The notes: a model not told the origin generated them from the letters alone. 64,000 bases of DNA from an uncultured Spartobacteria bacterium (GCA_937919825.1 CALFPA010000131.1:36949-100948); one strand, 5' to 3'. Shown: positions 36,316 to 45,274, counted from the first letter of the stretch. Translations and numbers: made by a program.

Positions 36316-38601
36316 GTGAAAATCAAAAATCCTGAATTCCGAATCCTCACGATCGCCGCAGCGGTCGCTTTCTCCATGCTCCCCGTCCACTCCGCTCCGC
36401 TCGAATCGGGACCGAGCAAGGGCACATTTGATCTCCCACTTCTGCAATCCGGCGATGGCCGGCTCGAGGGAGTTCTGGCCGAGCGGGAATTTTCCTTCCG
36501 CCTGCCCGAGCATGTTCAACTCGATCCGGGCAGCGAGATGGTTCTGGGCTTCCGCTCCTCGCCGCTCCTCCTCGATGTCTCGACTTTTACTGTCACCATC
36601 AATGAGCGCCAAATCGCCAGCGCCCGACTCGGGCATGAGGCCGACGGGATCGAGAAGCAAACCGAGAACAAGCTCGTCGTTCCGATTCCCGAGGGGGTGC
36701 TCCAAGCGGGCTGGAATCGACTCACGGTTCGCTGCCTTCTGCAAACCACCCAGACCCTCTGTCGCGATGTGGACAATCCCGCGGCTTGGATGGAATTCGG
36801 GCCGGAGTCAGTCGTTCGCGTGGCCTACACCAATTTGCCGCTCTTCACGGAAATTCAGCGTTTCCCGGACTCGATCACCGAGCCCGTCCTCATGCAGCTC
36901 CCGGAGTTCCGGTCCCCCGATAAAAAAACCAAGGCCGCACCCGTTGTCTCGCTGCTGCTGGCAGAGGAGTCGGGTGATCCGGAACTCCGGTCTTTTCTCA
37001 TCGCCGCGGCCCGTCTTGGGCAGACGGTTTATACCCCGCCAGAGGCCGTTTCTGTCGGTGACATTGGAGAATTCTCGGATATCTGCGAACGCCGCAACGG
37101 GGTGCTGATCGGCACGCGCGACCAGTTGGCGGAGCAACCTCTGCCGGGCCATATCAGGAAAGCCCTCTCGGAACTCCAACCGGGTCAGGGATTCCTCGCC
37201 GAGTTGATCTATGGGCCGCCGGAAACCACCCAGCGCCGCTGGATCATTCTGAGTGGTGCCGACGGTGCCGGCCTGGAAAAAGCCGCCCTCACGCTCGGCA
37301 GTGCCGTCGCCCTGCGGAATGTGCCATCGAACCCCTGGATCATCGCCAAGGAGCCGGAGATTTCCCCGTTGGTGGAAAAAATCTCCCAGCCCGAGGTGGG
37401 GCCGCTGAAGCTCTCCTCGCTGGTAAACGGAGAAATCCTCCTGCGCGGAATCTTCCGTAATAGCACCTCGCGCCGAATCTCTTTTCCGCCAGGTTTTGAA
37501 ACAACCAAAGCGGGCTATGTGGAATTCGATTTCACCCACGCCGATCAGCTCGATAAAGCCTCCGCGTTCGAAGCGCGCTTGAACGATGCGGTTCTGGGCA
37601 GCGTAGCCCTTGCTCCCAATCATTCGGGTCGGGTCAAACAGCGTCTCTCGATTCCAGCTGGAATCGTTGGCCGGGACCCTTCGTTGATGACGGTATCGAG
37701 CTATCTGGACATCGGTAGTGTGGATTGTGCGCACCGAAACGAGGAGCGGGCTTGGCTGAATATCACGGGCGAGACCGTGGTGGACCTTCGCACGACTCCC
37801 TTGAAGATCGATGACCTCTCGCGCTTGAACCAGCTCTGCCTGCGGGATGCTTTCCTTCGCCGAGCGGCTCTGCTGGTGCCCGAGGATTCGGATTCCACTC
37901 GCAATGATCTGATCAAGTCGATCGGCATGCACCTGGGGGCTCGCCTTCCGGACATGCCGGTTCTTTGGCCGCAAGTCGCGACCTTTGGCCCTGAAATTCC
38001 TCCGGAGCCGCATCGCGTCGAAAAACGCTCCGGCTTGGTGCTGGGGTCCGCCTTTCAGTGGCCCGAAGCCTTCGGAGAAAACAGCCGACTCATCGTTCAG
38101 GGTGGGGGAATCAACCGCGACGAAATCATCCTTCGCGGGGAGAAAGTGCCGGTCACTGATTTCGATCCCAATCTCAGCTTTGTGCAACTCGTGGCCTCGC
38201 CATGGACGGATGGGGAGTTTTTTGCCGCGATCGGGGGACTCGAGAACTACGGCGGCAACGCCACGATCGCTCTCATCAACAATCCCGGGATTTTCGAGCA
38301 GCTGCGAGGCACCATCTCGGCGCTGGATGGAGATTCACGCCTTCTCACCTACGATGTGAGGTCGGTCCACGAGGTTTCGCTTTCGGATAAGATGCGCTTG
38401 GCGTTTTCCCCTGTCCGGCGCGTGGAGGATTTGGAGGCCAAAGAGATCAAGATTACCGAGGCAGGCTTGGCGGCAACGGCCTTGAATGTCGGCATCGGCA
38501 CGGGGGCCATGGCGCTTCTGGCGGGTCTGTTTCTCATCCAGCGGTTCGTCGTTCGTCGCCGCAAAAAAAATCATTCCGCCGAGGAGGGAGACGAGCTGTG
38601 A
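36316..38601 (+). CDS. BcsB-like periplasmic polysaccharide-synthase subunit with C-terminal TM anchor
   Basis: ORF 36073..38601 trimmed to in-frame GTG 36316, which gives signal peptide VKIKNPEFRILTIAAAVAFSMLPVHSA. About 760 aa with two repeated modules (REFSFRLPEHVQLDPGSEMVLGFRSSPLLLDVSTFTVTINERQI and GYVEFDFTHADQLDKASAFEARLNDAVLGSV). C-terminal TM GTGAMALLAGLFLIQRFVV followed by RRRKKN. Size and topology fit BcsB. Confidence 0.65.
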   Translation: MKIKNPEFRILTIAAAVAFSMLPVHSAPLESGPSKGTFDLPLLQSGDGRLEGVLAEREFSFRLPEHVQLDPGSEMVLGFRSSPLLLDVSTFTVTINERQIASARLGHEADGIEKQTENKLVVPIPEGVLQAGWNRLTVRCLLQTTQTLCRDVDNPAAWMEFGPESVVRVAYTNLPLFTEIQRFPDSITEPVLMQLPEFRSPDKKTKAAPVVSLLLAEESGDPELRSFLIAAARLGQTVYTPPEAVSVGDIGEFSDICERRNGVLIGTRDQLAEQPLPGHIRKALSELQPGQGFLAELIYGPPETTQRRWIILSGADGAGLEKAALTLGSAVALRNVPSNPWIIAKEPEISPLVEKISQPEVGPLKLSSLVNGEILLRGIFRNSTSRRISFPPGFETTKAGYVEFDFTHADQLDKASAFEARLNDAVLGSVALAPNHSGRVKQRLSIPAGIVGRDPSLMTVSSYLDIGSVDCAHRNEERAWLNITGETVVDLRTTPLKIDDLSRLNQLCLRDAFLRRAALLVPEDSDSTRNDLIKSIGMHLGARLPDMPVLWPQVATFGPEIPPEPHRVEKRSGLVLGSAFQWPEAFGENSRLIVQGGGINRDEIILRGEKVPVTDFDPNLSFVQLVASPWTDGEFFAAIGGLENYGGNATIALINNPGIFEQLRGTISALDGDSRLLTYDVRSVHEVSLSDKMRLAFSPVRRVEDLEAKEIKITEAGLAATALNVGIGTGAMALLAGLFLIQRFVVRRRKKNHSAEEGDEL

Positions 38602-39830
38602 GGCTTGCCGCATTGTTTCTAGGTTTCGCGTTAGCGGGAACGGCCTTGGCTGGTGGGAGCACCCTGCTGATCTACGATTCGCCTTCCAAACCGTTCTCGT
38701 TGCAGAACGAGATCGAGCCCCTTGCGATCCTGCTGGCGCGCTTTGACCCCACCATCGAACGCCGCATGGGGAGTGAGGTTCGTCTGGCGGATATGGAAAA
38801 AGCCGCCCGGATCGTGGTGGCGGGCATGGGAGCATTTCCGGCCATCTCAGCCCCGTGTCTTGAATATCTCGAGAAAACCAAAAAGCCACTCGTGGGTGTT
38901 GGGGCGGCGGCGACTCTGGCTATTCCAGGTTCTCCCCGTCCATCCAAGCCATCCGTGTCGTTGCCAAAGGGCCAACTCGTTTACCTCGGCCGGGAATGGC
39001 CTGCCCAGGTCGATCCCTATTTTCCGGCGGTCGTCGATTCCTCGCTGATCCTTGCTCGGATTCATGGGGCGAATGGCGAGAAGCCGCTTTGCTGGAGGTC
39101 TGGCAATCGTCTGGGATTTGCCGCGCTTCCTACGGCACCACCGCTCTCGATGGTTTTCTCGGATGCGGTGATGGACCTCTTCACCCCGGGAGTCAGCACC
39201 GCGCCGGGGATTCTTTTCATCGTTCGGGACTTCAATCCCTCGTGTTCCCCCGAGTCCTTCCGGAGGTTGGTGGATTATTTTTCCCACGACCGGATTCCCT
39301 TCGCGGTGACGGCGCAGATGCGAGACCTCCCCGAGGGAACGACCCCCATGCCGCGTGAGGAATTTCTCGCGGCGCTCCAATACGCCGAGATGCACGGCGG
39401 AAGAATTTTCATCCGGGGAGGCGAGGGGCTCAAGGACGCCGAGACATTCGCTCCCGTGAAACCTTGTGGGATCGAAGAACCCGCCCAGCCGGACCCGACG
39501 GCCATTCAAATTGGGCAACCGACTTTTGCTCGAACGCCGGACGATTCCAGTAGTCCCTTTTTTATCCATGCCCCGATGCGTCTCGCGGGCGGGGGGTGGT
39601 TGTGGCCGGCCAATGTGCGCGGGGGATTGGATGGGGACCTCGTTACCTCCATCCGCACGCAAGTCCGGGACATCATTCCATTCCGGGGAGCTGTCGCGGG
39701 CGTCGTGATCCCCGCCTGGCTTCCCTTCCAATCCATGCGTGCCCTGGCTGATGCCGCACGATCTCCGGGCATCGCCCTCATCGACCCACTCACCGCAGTT
39801 CCTGAACCCCTTTCACAACATCAACCATGA
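38598..39830 (+). CDS. Periplasmic protein, DUF2334 / polysaccharide-deacetylase-like (tentative)
   Basis: GTG start overlaps the upstream stop (GTGA). Signal peptide MRLAALFLGFALAGTALA. The stretch ILFIVRDFNPSCSPESFRRLVDYFSHDRIPFAVTAQM..EEFLAALQYAEMHGGRIFIRG resembles the DUF2334 core seen in Gram-positive EPS operons. Pattern-level call only. Confidence 0.45.
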   Translation: MRLAALFLGFALAGTALAGGSTLLIYDSPSKPFSLQNEIEPLAILLARFDPTIERRMGSEVRLADMEKAARIVVAGMGAFPAISAPCLEYLEKTKKPLVGVGAAATLAIPGSPRPSKPSVSLPKGQLVYLGREWPAQVDPYFPAVVDSSLILARIHGANGEKPLCWRSGNRLGFAALPTAPPLSMVFSDAVMDLFTPGVSTAPGILFIVRDFNPSCSPESFRRLVDYFSHDRIPFAVTAQMRDLPEGTTPMPREEFLAALQYAEMHGGRIFIRGGEGLKDAETFAPVKPCGIEEPAQPDPTAIQIGQPTFARTPDDSSSPFFIHAPMRLAGGGWLWPANVRGGLDGDLVTSIRTQVRDIIPFRGAVAGVVIPAWLPFQSMRALADAARSPGIALIDPLTAVPEPLSQHQP

Positions 39831-41422
39831 GATTCCTCCTTCCCTGCATCCTGGCCATTGCCAGCATCCACGCCCAACCGCTCGAACTCCTCGAGCAGGC
39901 CACGACTCTCTCCAACGAGGGATCCCACGCCGCTGCGGCTGATCTTCTCAAGCAAGCCAACACCGCCGATCCCGGCAACGAGGCGATATCGTTTCGATTG
40001 GCGAGCGCCTTGGTTTTCAGTCGCCGCCACACTGAGGCGAGGGTCCTATTGGGTCGTCTCTCCAAATCCTGGAATCCGGAAATGGCAACCATGGCGGCAT
40101 CGAGCTTGGCGGCTCTGGATCGTGCCGAAGAGCTGGAGCGCGCGGCCAAGGCGAAACCACCGAGCGCCGCGCAGTTGCAGGCCCGGCGGGACTATCTCGA
40201 ACGGAAAGCCCGGCTGGACCGCCGGCAGACGGTTTATGATCTCCTCGCCAGCGGAGAAGATGCAAAAGCTCTGACTGCGATCGAGTCTTTGGAGCGGAAA
40301 AACGAGGCGACGCCCGATCTGCTGCGGGAAAAGGCGGGCGTTCTAGATCGGATGGGGCGCACCGCCGAGGCCATCGAGATATCGAGGCCATTGGCGGAGT
40401 CCGAGAATCCCTCCAAGCCATCCCAACTCCAACTCGCCTCCCTGCTCATGAAGGAGGGAAAGGCTCGGGAGGCCTTTCAAATTTGGAGCGGCCTCCGGGA
40501 TCAATCCGGTGACGCCCCGGAGGGTCGGCAAGCAGCCATGGAAATCGACGCCCTGGCGGCTCCCTACGATCTCGATCGCTGGTCGTGGGGGGAACTCGAT
40601 CTCTACGCGAGCTATCTCCAGCGGTTCAACATCGGGGTGGCCAATGGACGCCTTCGCCAAGGAACCTTTGTGCCCGGAGCGCGGTGGATCGAGCCCTTCG
40701 TGCAGGCGGATTTTAGTTTGGACTCCGATCCCTACGGCACCGGAGCCGAGGGATTATCGACGATCTACAACGAAAACCTCGCAGGCTTCCACGCCGGCGC
40801 GAGGATTCGGCCATTCGCCACGCAGTCGTTCACCCTTTATGCGCTGGGGGGGATTCAAAAAGACCTTCGAGGAACCGAGCAACATCGAGGGCAGTGGTTT
40901 TGGGAACTTATTACCGGTGTGAATGGATTCTGGGCGTGGGGCCCCGGAAAGAAATGGGCATTTTCCGACCTGCAAGCGGTCACGCCGGGAGGCCTTCCGG
41001 TGATTCCCCGATCCGTCGCCAACTGGATGCCGAATACCTGGAGTCCCGCCCAGTTTCGCTGGGATTGGTTTATCGAGGCTGGAGGCGACGCGGCCTACTA
41101 CACGCGGCTTGCGGACTGCATTGCCTACGGGCAATCGCGGCAAGGATTCCGCTTCGCGCAGTTCGGCAAGGCGGCGGCCCTCGATGCCTATGCCTTCGAA
41201 AACCTGACGATGGATACGGAGGGGAACTACTACGACAATTACTTCGAGGCCGGCCCGGGAGTGCGCTTCGTCACCTCGCCGGTGGGCGCGGCGATTTTCA
41301 CCACCAGCGTCGAATATGTCGTCGGCAGTTATCTGGGCAGGAATGAGGGGGACACGCGAGGCAACCTCGACACCACCTACTCGGATTTCCGAATCACCGC
41401 CTCGTTATCCCTTCGCTGGTAA
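39827..41422 (+). CDS. Outer-membrane export component: N-terminal TPR region + C-terminal beta-barrel (NfrA/PgaA/BcsC class)
   Basis: ATGA overlap with the upstream gene. Signal peptide MRFLLPCILAIASIHA. Helical TPR-like N-terminal half. C-terminal half is rich in alternating aromatic/Gly beta-strand patterns and ends ITASLSLRW (terminal aromatic residue). Confidence 0.6.
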   Translation: MRFLLPCILAIASIHAQPLELLEQATTLSNEGSHAAAADLLKQANTADPGNEAISFRLASALVFSRRHTEARVLLGRLSKSWNPEMATMAASSLAALDRAEELERAAKAKPPSAAQLQARRDYLERKARLDRRQTVYDLLASGEDAKALTAIESLERKNEATPDLLREKAGVLDRMGRTAEAIEISRPLAESENPSKPSQLQLASLLMKEGKAREAFQIWSGLRDQSGDAPEGRQAAMEIDALAAPYDLDRWSWGELDLYASYLQRFNIGVANGRLRQGTFVPGARWIEPFVQADFSLDSDPYGTGAEGLSTIYNENLAGFHAGARIRPFATQSFTLYALGGIQKDLRGTEQHRGQWFWELITGVNGFWAWGPGKKWAFSDLQAVTPGGLPVIPRSVANWMPNTWSPAQFRWDWFIEAGGDAAYYTRLADCIAYGQSRQGFRFAQFGKAAALDAYAFENLTMDTEGNYYDNYFEAGPGVRFVTSPVGAAIFTTSVEYVVGSYLGRNEGDTRGNLDTTYSDFRITASLSLRW

Positions 41423-41429
41423 TCACACC

Positions 41430-43958
41430 ATGGACATTTTCAATTCACTCATCCTCTTGATGGCCTACACGGCCGCCGTCGGTTTTTTCCTTTTTGGAAT
41501 CGACGATTTATTTTTCGACCTTCAAATCCTCCGACGGCTGCGAGGGCGACGCGGAGAGCCTCCGGTGCCGATCGAAACCCTTCGCAATGAGCCGGAAAAA
41601 CTCATCGCGGTTTTCATTCCAGCATGGAACGAAGGGGGAGTCGTCAACCGCATGGCCGACTATGCGAGAAAGACGCTCCTCTATGAGAATTACGATCTTT
41701 TTATCGGCGTCTATGCCAATGATCCGGAAACCAACCGGTGCGTCGATGAGTTGGTGAAAGTCTCCCCGCGTGTGCACAAAGCGGTCGTGCCGCACGCCGG
41801 GCCGACCTCGAAGGCGGATTGCCTGAACCATATTTTCAACACCATGCGGGCCTGCGAAATCCCAGGCCGGCGCGAATACGCGATCATCGCCCTCCACGAC
41901 GCCGAGGACATCCTGCACCCGCTCACGCTGAAGGTTTACAACCACTATGTCCCCGAGATTTTGGACATGGGGCAGATTCCTGTTTTCCCCCTCGAGCTGC
42001 ATCCGTTGACGAATTGGGTTGGCAATACCTACCTCGATGAGTTCGCAGAGCTGCATGCGAAGGACATGTATGCCCGCGAAGCAATCGGTGGAGTCGTGCC
42101 CTCGGCAGGCGTCGGGACTGCCTTCTCACGCCAGTCGATCGATAAACTCGCGGAGGAGAACAACGGCGTGCCATTTCCTGAAGGAAGTCTGGCTGAGGAT
42201 TACTTTGTGGGAATGAAACTCGCCGGGATGGGCTTTAGGACAGGCTTCATTGAGCATCCAATCGAAAGGCAAGTGGTGCTCCGCGACGCAAAGGGTCGGG
42301 AGATTTCGAAAAAAATCATCAAGGAACGCGTGGCGGTGCGGAAGAATTTCCCCAGACGCTTCTTTCAGGCTGTTCGCCAGAAAGCCCGCTGGATTGTTGG
42401 CACGGCATTTCAAAGCTGGGAACACCAGGGATGGAAGGGGGGGGGGCTTGCTGCAAAATACACGCTGGCTCGCGATCGCCGGGCGCCACTCGTCCATACC
42501 ATCAATGCCGCCGGATACTGCGCGGTGGCCTATGTAATCGCGGATATCGGAATCCGCCACACGGTATTGGCCAACTCGATATATCTGCCGCCACTGTTTG
42601 AAGCGAACAGCCTTCTTTGGAAGCTCGTTCTCGTGGATACCGCCCTGCTTTGCTACCGGGTCGGGCAGAAGGTTTACCATGTCACCGATGTTTATGGATG
42701 GAAGCAGGGCATCTTTTCGATCCCACGCTATCCGATGGTGAATTTCATCAACATGGGAGCCACCTTCTGGGCGATTGTCGTCTACTCGCGCCATCGCCTC
42801 CTTGGAAAACCTCTCGCCTGGTCCAAAACGAAACACATTTTCCCCGGAAGTGCGGAACTCGAGGAATTCTCCCGCTCCGTGGAAGATCTGCTGATCGACG
42901 AAGGCTATGTCCTTCGCAACGACCTGGAGAACATTCTGGTAAAAAACCGTGATCGCTCCGCTCCGCGGTCGCTACTCGAGATGGGGCTGATCGATGAGGA
43001 GCAATTCTGCGATATCTGGGCGAAGCATTCCGGCCTCGATGTCGGCGATGTCGATGTGGCCAGCATCGACCTGAGTCTCCTCGATTCGTGGCCTGAAAAA
43101 AAGGCCCTTCGCCACGAGGCCATGCCCCTGCAGCGTCGTGATGATGGACGCACGGTCTTCGCCTTTGCGGAGCCCCCCACCGAGCGGGATTTGAATCGCG
43201 TGGTGGAAACAGCAGGAACCCCGGTGGAGCCAGTCCTGACCGCGCCGACTCAAATCACAAATCTTCGCAACCACGCCTATCCGCGCCGGATTTTGAAGCC
43301 GCGTGCATTTCCCCTCTTGCTGCCCGAGTCTCCCGCCGGCCTATCCCATGCCGCTCCGAGCATTTCGATCATTCGCGCTCTGGGGCCGTTATTTTGCGAA
43401 CTTCATGGGCTGCTGCCCATGCTGGATGGATCGATCGCCGCTCGCTCCCCCGTTCACCCCGGCATTGCGGCCAGGATGCACAAGATTCTTGGCACCGAGG
43501 CGCCCCTGGTTTCCGACAAAACACGGGGTTTCCAAATAGCATGGCGCAAATTTGAGCGCCTCCGAATGCCTCATTCCTCGCTTTTGAAGGAACTCGCCGA
43601 GGCTGAGATTCTGACCAAGGAAAACACCGAGCGTATCCAAAATATGGCCCGCCTTGTCAGCACGCCGATGGATCGCATGCTCGTTCAACTCGGCCTCGCA
43701 AACCGCAAACAAGTTTACACCGCCCTGCGTCGTTGCGGGGGCGTGGATGTCGCCGCGGATCATGATCATCAGGTCGCTCGGGGTTGTGAGGACCTTCTTG
43801 CTCCCGGATTCAGCGCCAAGACCGGAGTCGTCGTCCACCATCTCGATGAGGACGGCTTGGTCCTTCGTGTGAGCGGCATGCTGGCCCCCAGCGAACTGCG
43901 GGAAATCTTTGATCGCTGTGAGGGTTGGCCCCTCCGCTTTGAACTTCTCGCTCCCTGA
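41430..43958 (+). CDS. NfrB-like processive family-2 glycosyltransferase with two C-terminal MshEN/T2SSE_N-like domains
   Basis: ORF 41316..43958 trimmed to ATG 41430 (MDIFNSLILLMAYTAAVGFF, TM1). GT2 motifs AVFIPAWNE, ALHDAED and AEDYFVG. QxxRW signature QKARW at 42378-42392. About 3 further TM segments. Residues about 481-615 and 715-842 resemble type II secretion ATPase N-terminal (MshEN) domains. Confidence 0.8.
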   Translation: MDIFNSLILLMAYTAAVGFFLFGIDDLFFDLQILRRLRGRRGEPPVPIETLRNEPEKLIAVFIPAWNEGGVVNRMADYARKTLLYENYDLFIGVYANDPETNRCVDELVKVSPRVHKAVVPHAGPTSKADCLNHIFNTMRACEIPGRREYAIIALHDAEDILHPLTLKVYNHYVPEILDMGQIPVFPLELHPLTNWVGNTYLDEFAELHAKDMYAREAIGGVVPSAGVGTAFSRQSIDKLAEENNGVPFPEGSLAEDYFVGMKLAGMGFRTGFIEHPIERQVVLRDAKGREISKKIIKERVAVRKNFPRRFFQAVRQKARWIVGTAFQSWEHQGWKGGGLAAKYTLARDRRAPLVHTINAAGYCAVAYVIADIGIRHTVLANSIYLPPLFEANSLLWKLVLVDTALLCYRVGQKVYHVTDVYGWKQGIFSIPRYPMVNFINMGATFWAIVVYSRHRLLGKPLAWSKTKHIFPGSAELEEFSRSVEDLLIDEGYVLRNDLENILVKNRDRSAPRSLLEMGLIDEEQFCDIWAKHSGLDVGDVDVASIDLSLLDSWPEKKALRHEAMPLQRRDDGRTVFAFAEPPTERDLNRVVETAGTPVEPVLTAPTQITNLRNHAYPRRILKPRAFPLLLPESPAGLSHAAPSISIIRALGPLFCELHGLLPMLDGSIAARSPVHPGIAARMHKILGTEAPLVSDKTRGFQIAWRKFERLRMPHSSLLKELAEAEILTKENTERIQNMARLVSTPMDRMLVQLGLANRKQVYTALRRCGGVDVAADHDHQVARGCEDLLAPGFSAKTGVVVHHLDEDGLVLRVSGMLAPSELREIFDRCEGWPLRFELLAP

Positions 43959-43967
43959 TTTCTTATC

Positions 43968-45134
43968 ATGAAAAAAACGATCGCCGTCATTGTCGGAACC
44001 CGTCCGGAAGCCATCAAGCTCGCTCCCGTAATCCGTGCCCTCGGGTTTTCCGACCACCTCCAACCCATAACCATTTCGACCTCCCAGCACGGCGAGATGG
44101 TGGATCAAATCTTCGAGAATTTCGGCATCACGGCCGATGTGGATCTTCAAGTGATGCAACCACGCCAGAAGCTCTGGGACCTTACCGCGAGCCTCTCCAC
44201 AAAACTCGGCGCGTATTTTTCCGATCATCCCGTGGATGCCGTGCTCGTCCAAGGCGACACGACCTCCGCTCTCATCGGGGGGCTCGCCGCTTTCTACCAC
44301 AAAATTCCTGTCGGGCATGTCGAGGCCGGCCTGCGCTCGCATGATCGCTACTCGCCATTTCCCGAGGAATTGAATCGCACCCTCCTCTCCCGCATTGCGC
44401 AATGGCACTTCGCTCCGACCGCCTATGCCGCGGATTTGCTTCGAGGCGAGAACATCGACAACGCCTCGATTTATATCACCGGCAATACCGTTGTGGACGC
44501 CCTGCATTGGATGTCGCGCCACCTCCGCCACCGCGAAATTCGTCCCGGCATTCTGAATGGGCAGCGAAAACTCGTCCTTGTCACCTGCCATCGCCGCGAA
44601 AACATCGGGCTCCCCATGCGATCCGTCGCACTCGCCATCAAGCACCTCGCCGACTCGCATCCCGAGGCCCACTTTCTTTTTCCCATGCACCCGAATCCCG
44701 GAGTCCGTGAGTTGATCCAGCCCATTCTCTCCAAGCAAAACGGCGTCACACTTTGCGAGCCTCTGAAATACGAGGAATTCCTCTCCGCCTTGCACCAATC
44801 CTATTTTGTGATCTCCGACTCCGGCGGGGTCCAAGAAGAAGCCACCGCCCTCGGCAAGCCCGTCCTCGTCCTACGGCGCGAAACCGAGCGCCCCGAAGGC
44901 GTCGAAGCCGGCACGCTTCGTCTCGTCGGAACGGATGTCCAGGAAATCCTCCGTGCGGGCCACGAGCTTTTGGTGAACCCCGAAAGCCACGGAGCGATGT
45001 CCAACGGATCCGGAGTTTTCGGTGATGGGAAAGCCGCTCAAAAAATCCAAAAAATCCTCGAGCAAAACCTCACCACAGCCAATCGCATCCTGCCCTTCAA
45101 GAAACCGACAGGTAAACTGGTTTTGATGGAGTAG
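43968..45134 (+). CDS. wecB: UDP-N-acetylglucosamine 2-epimerase (non-hydrolysing)
   Basis: 388 aa. Contains MKKTIAVIVGTRPEAIKLAPV, VLVQGDTTSAL, HVEAGLRS, PFPEE.NR and SDSGGVQEE. Confidence 0.92.
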   Translation: MKKTIAVIVGTRPEAIKLAPVIRALGFSDHLQPITISTSQHGEMVDQIFENFGITADVDLQVMQPRQKLWDLTASLSTKLGAYFSDHPVDAVLVQGDTTSALIGGLAAFYHKIPVGHVEAGLRSHDRYSPFPEELNRTLLSRIAQWHFAPTAYAADLLRGENIDNASIYITGNTVVDALHWMSRHLRHREIRPGILNGQRKLVLVTCHRRENIGLPMRSVALAIKHLADSHPEAHFLFPMHPNPGVRELIQPILSKQNGVTLCEPLKYEEFLSALHQSYFVISDSGGVQEEATALGKPVLVLRRETERPEGVEAGTLRLVGTDVQEILRAGHELLVNPESHGAMSNGSGVFGDGKAAQKIQKILEQNLTTANRILPFKKPTGKLVLME

Positions 45135-45158
45135 GAGAATGGCGGAAGGGGCGGGATT
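45134..45158. repeat. 25-bp direct repeat of the tRNA-Ser 3' end (att-like scar)
   Basis: ggagaatggcggaaggggcgggatt at 45134-45158 is identical to 45269-45293. The second copy covers the T-arm 3' half, acceptor 3' strand, CCA and 6 nt beyond the tRNA-Ser gene. Confidence 0.85.
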
Positions 45159-45274
45159 GATTCCGGCCTGAGGCCTCCACCCCTTCGGGGCACTTCGTGT
45201 CGATGCCGCTGGCGCGGCGGTCGAACGGCGATCTCATCCCGCCCTGGGATAGAGAGTGTCCACTTTGCGGAGAA

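Noticed and set aside
41316-41429. 38-codon extension of the NfrB-like ORF overlapping the end of the outer-membrane protein gene.
   Set aside because: ATG 41430 gives the N-terminal TM helix directly, 7 nt after the upstream stop. The extension overlaps coding sequence in another frame.
45159-45268. The spacer between the two tRNA-Ser 3'-end repeats, considered as a second tRNA, tRNA-Sec, tmRNA or SRP RNA.
   Set aside because: I could not fold a cloverleaf (no D-arm or anticodon arm, and only the 25-nt 3' fragment matches the tRNA). I saw no tmRNA tag-reading frame and no SRP domain IV motif. It remains an unassigned structured spacer.
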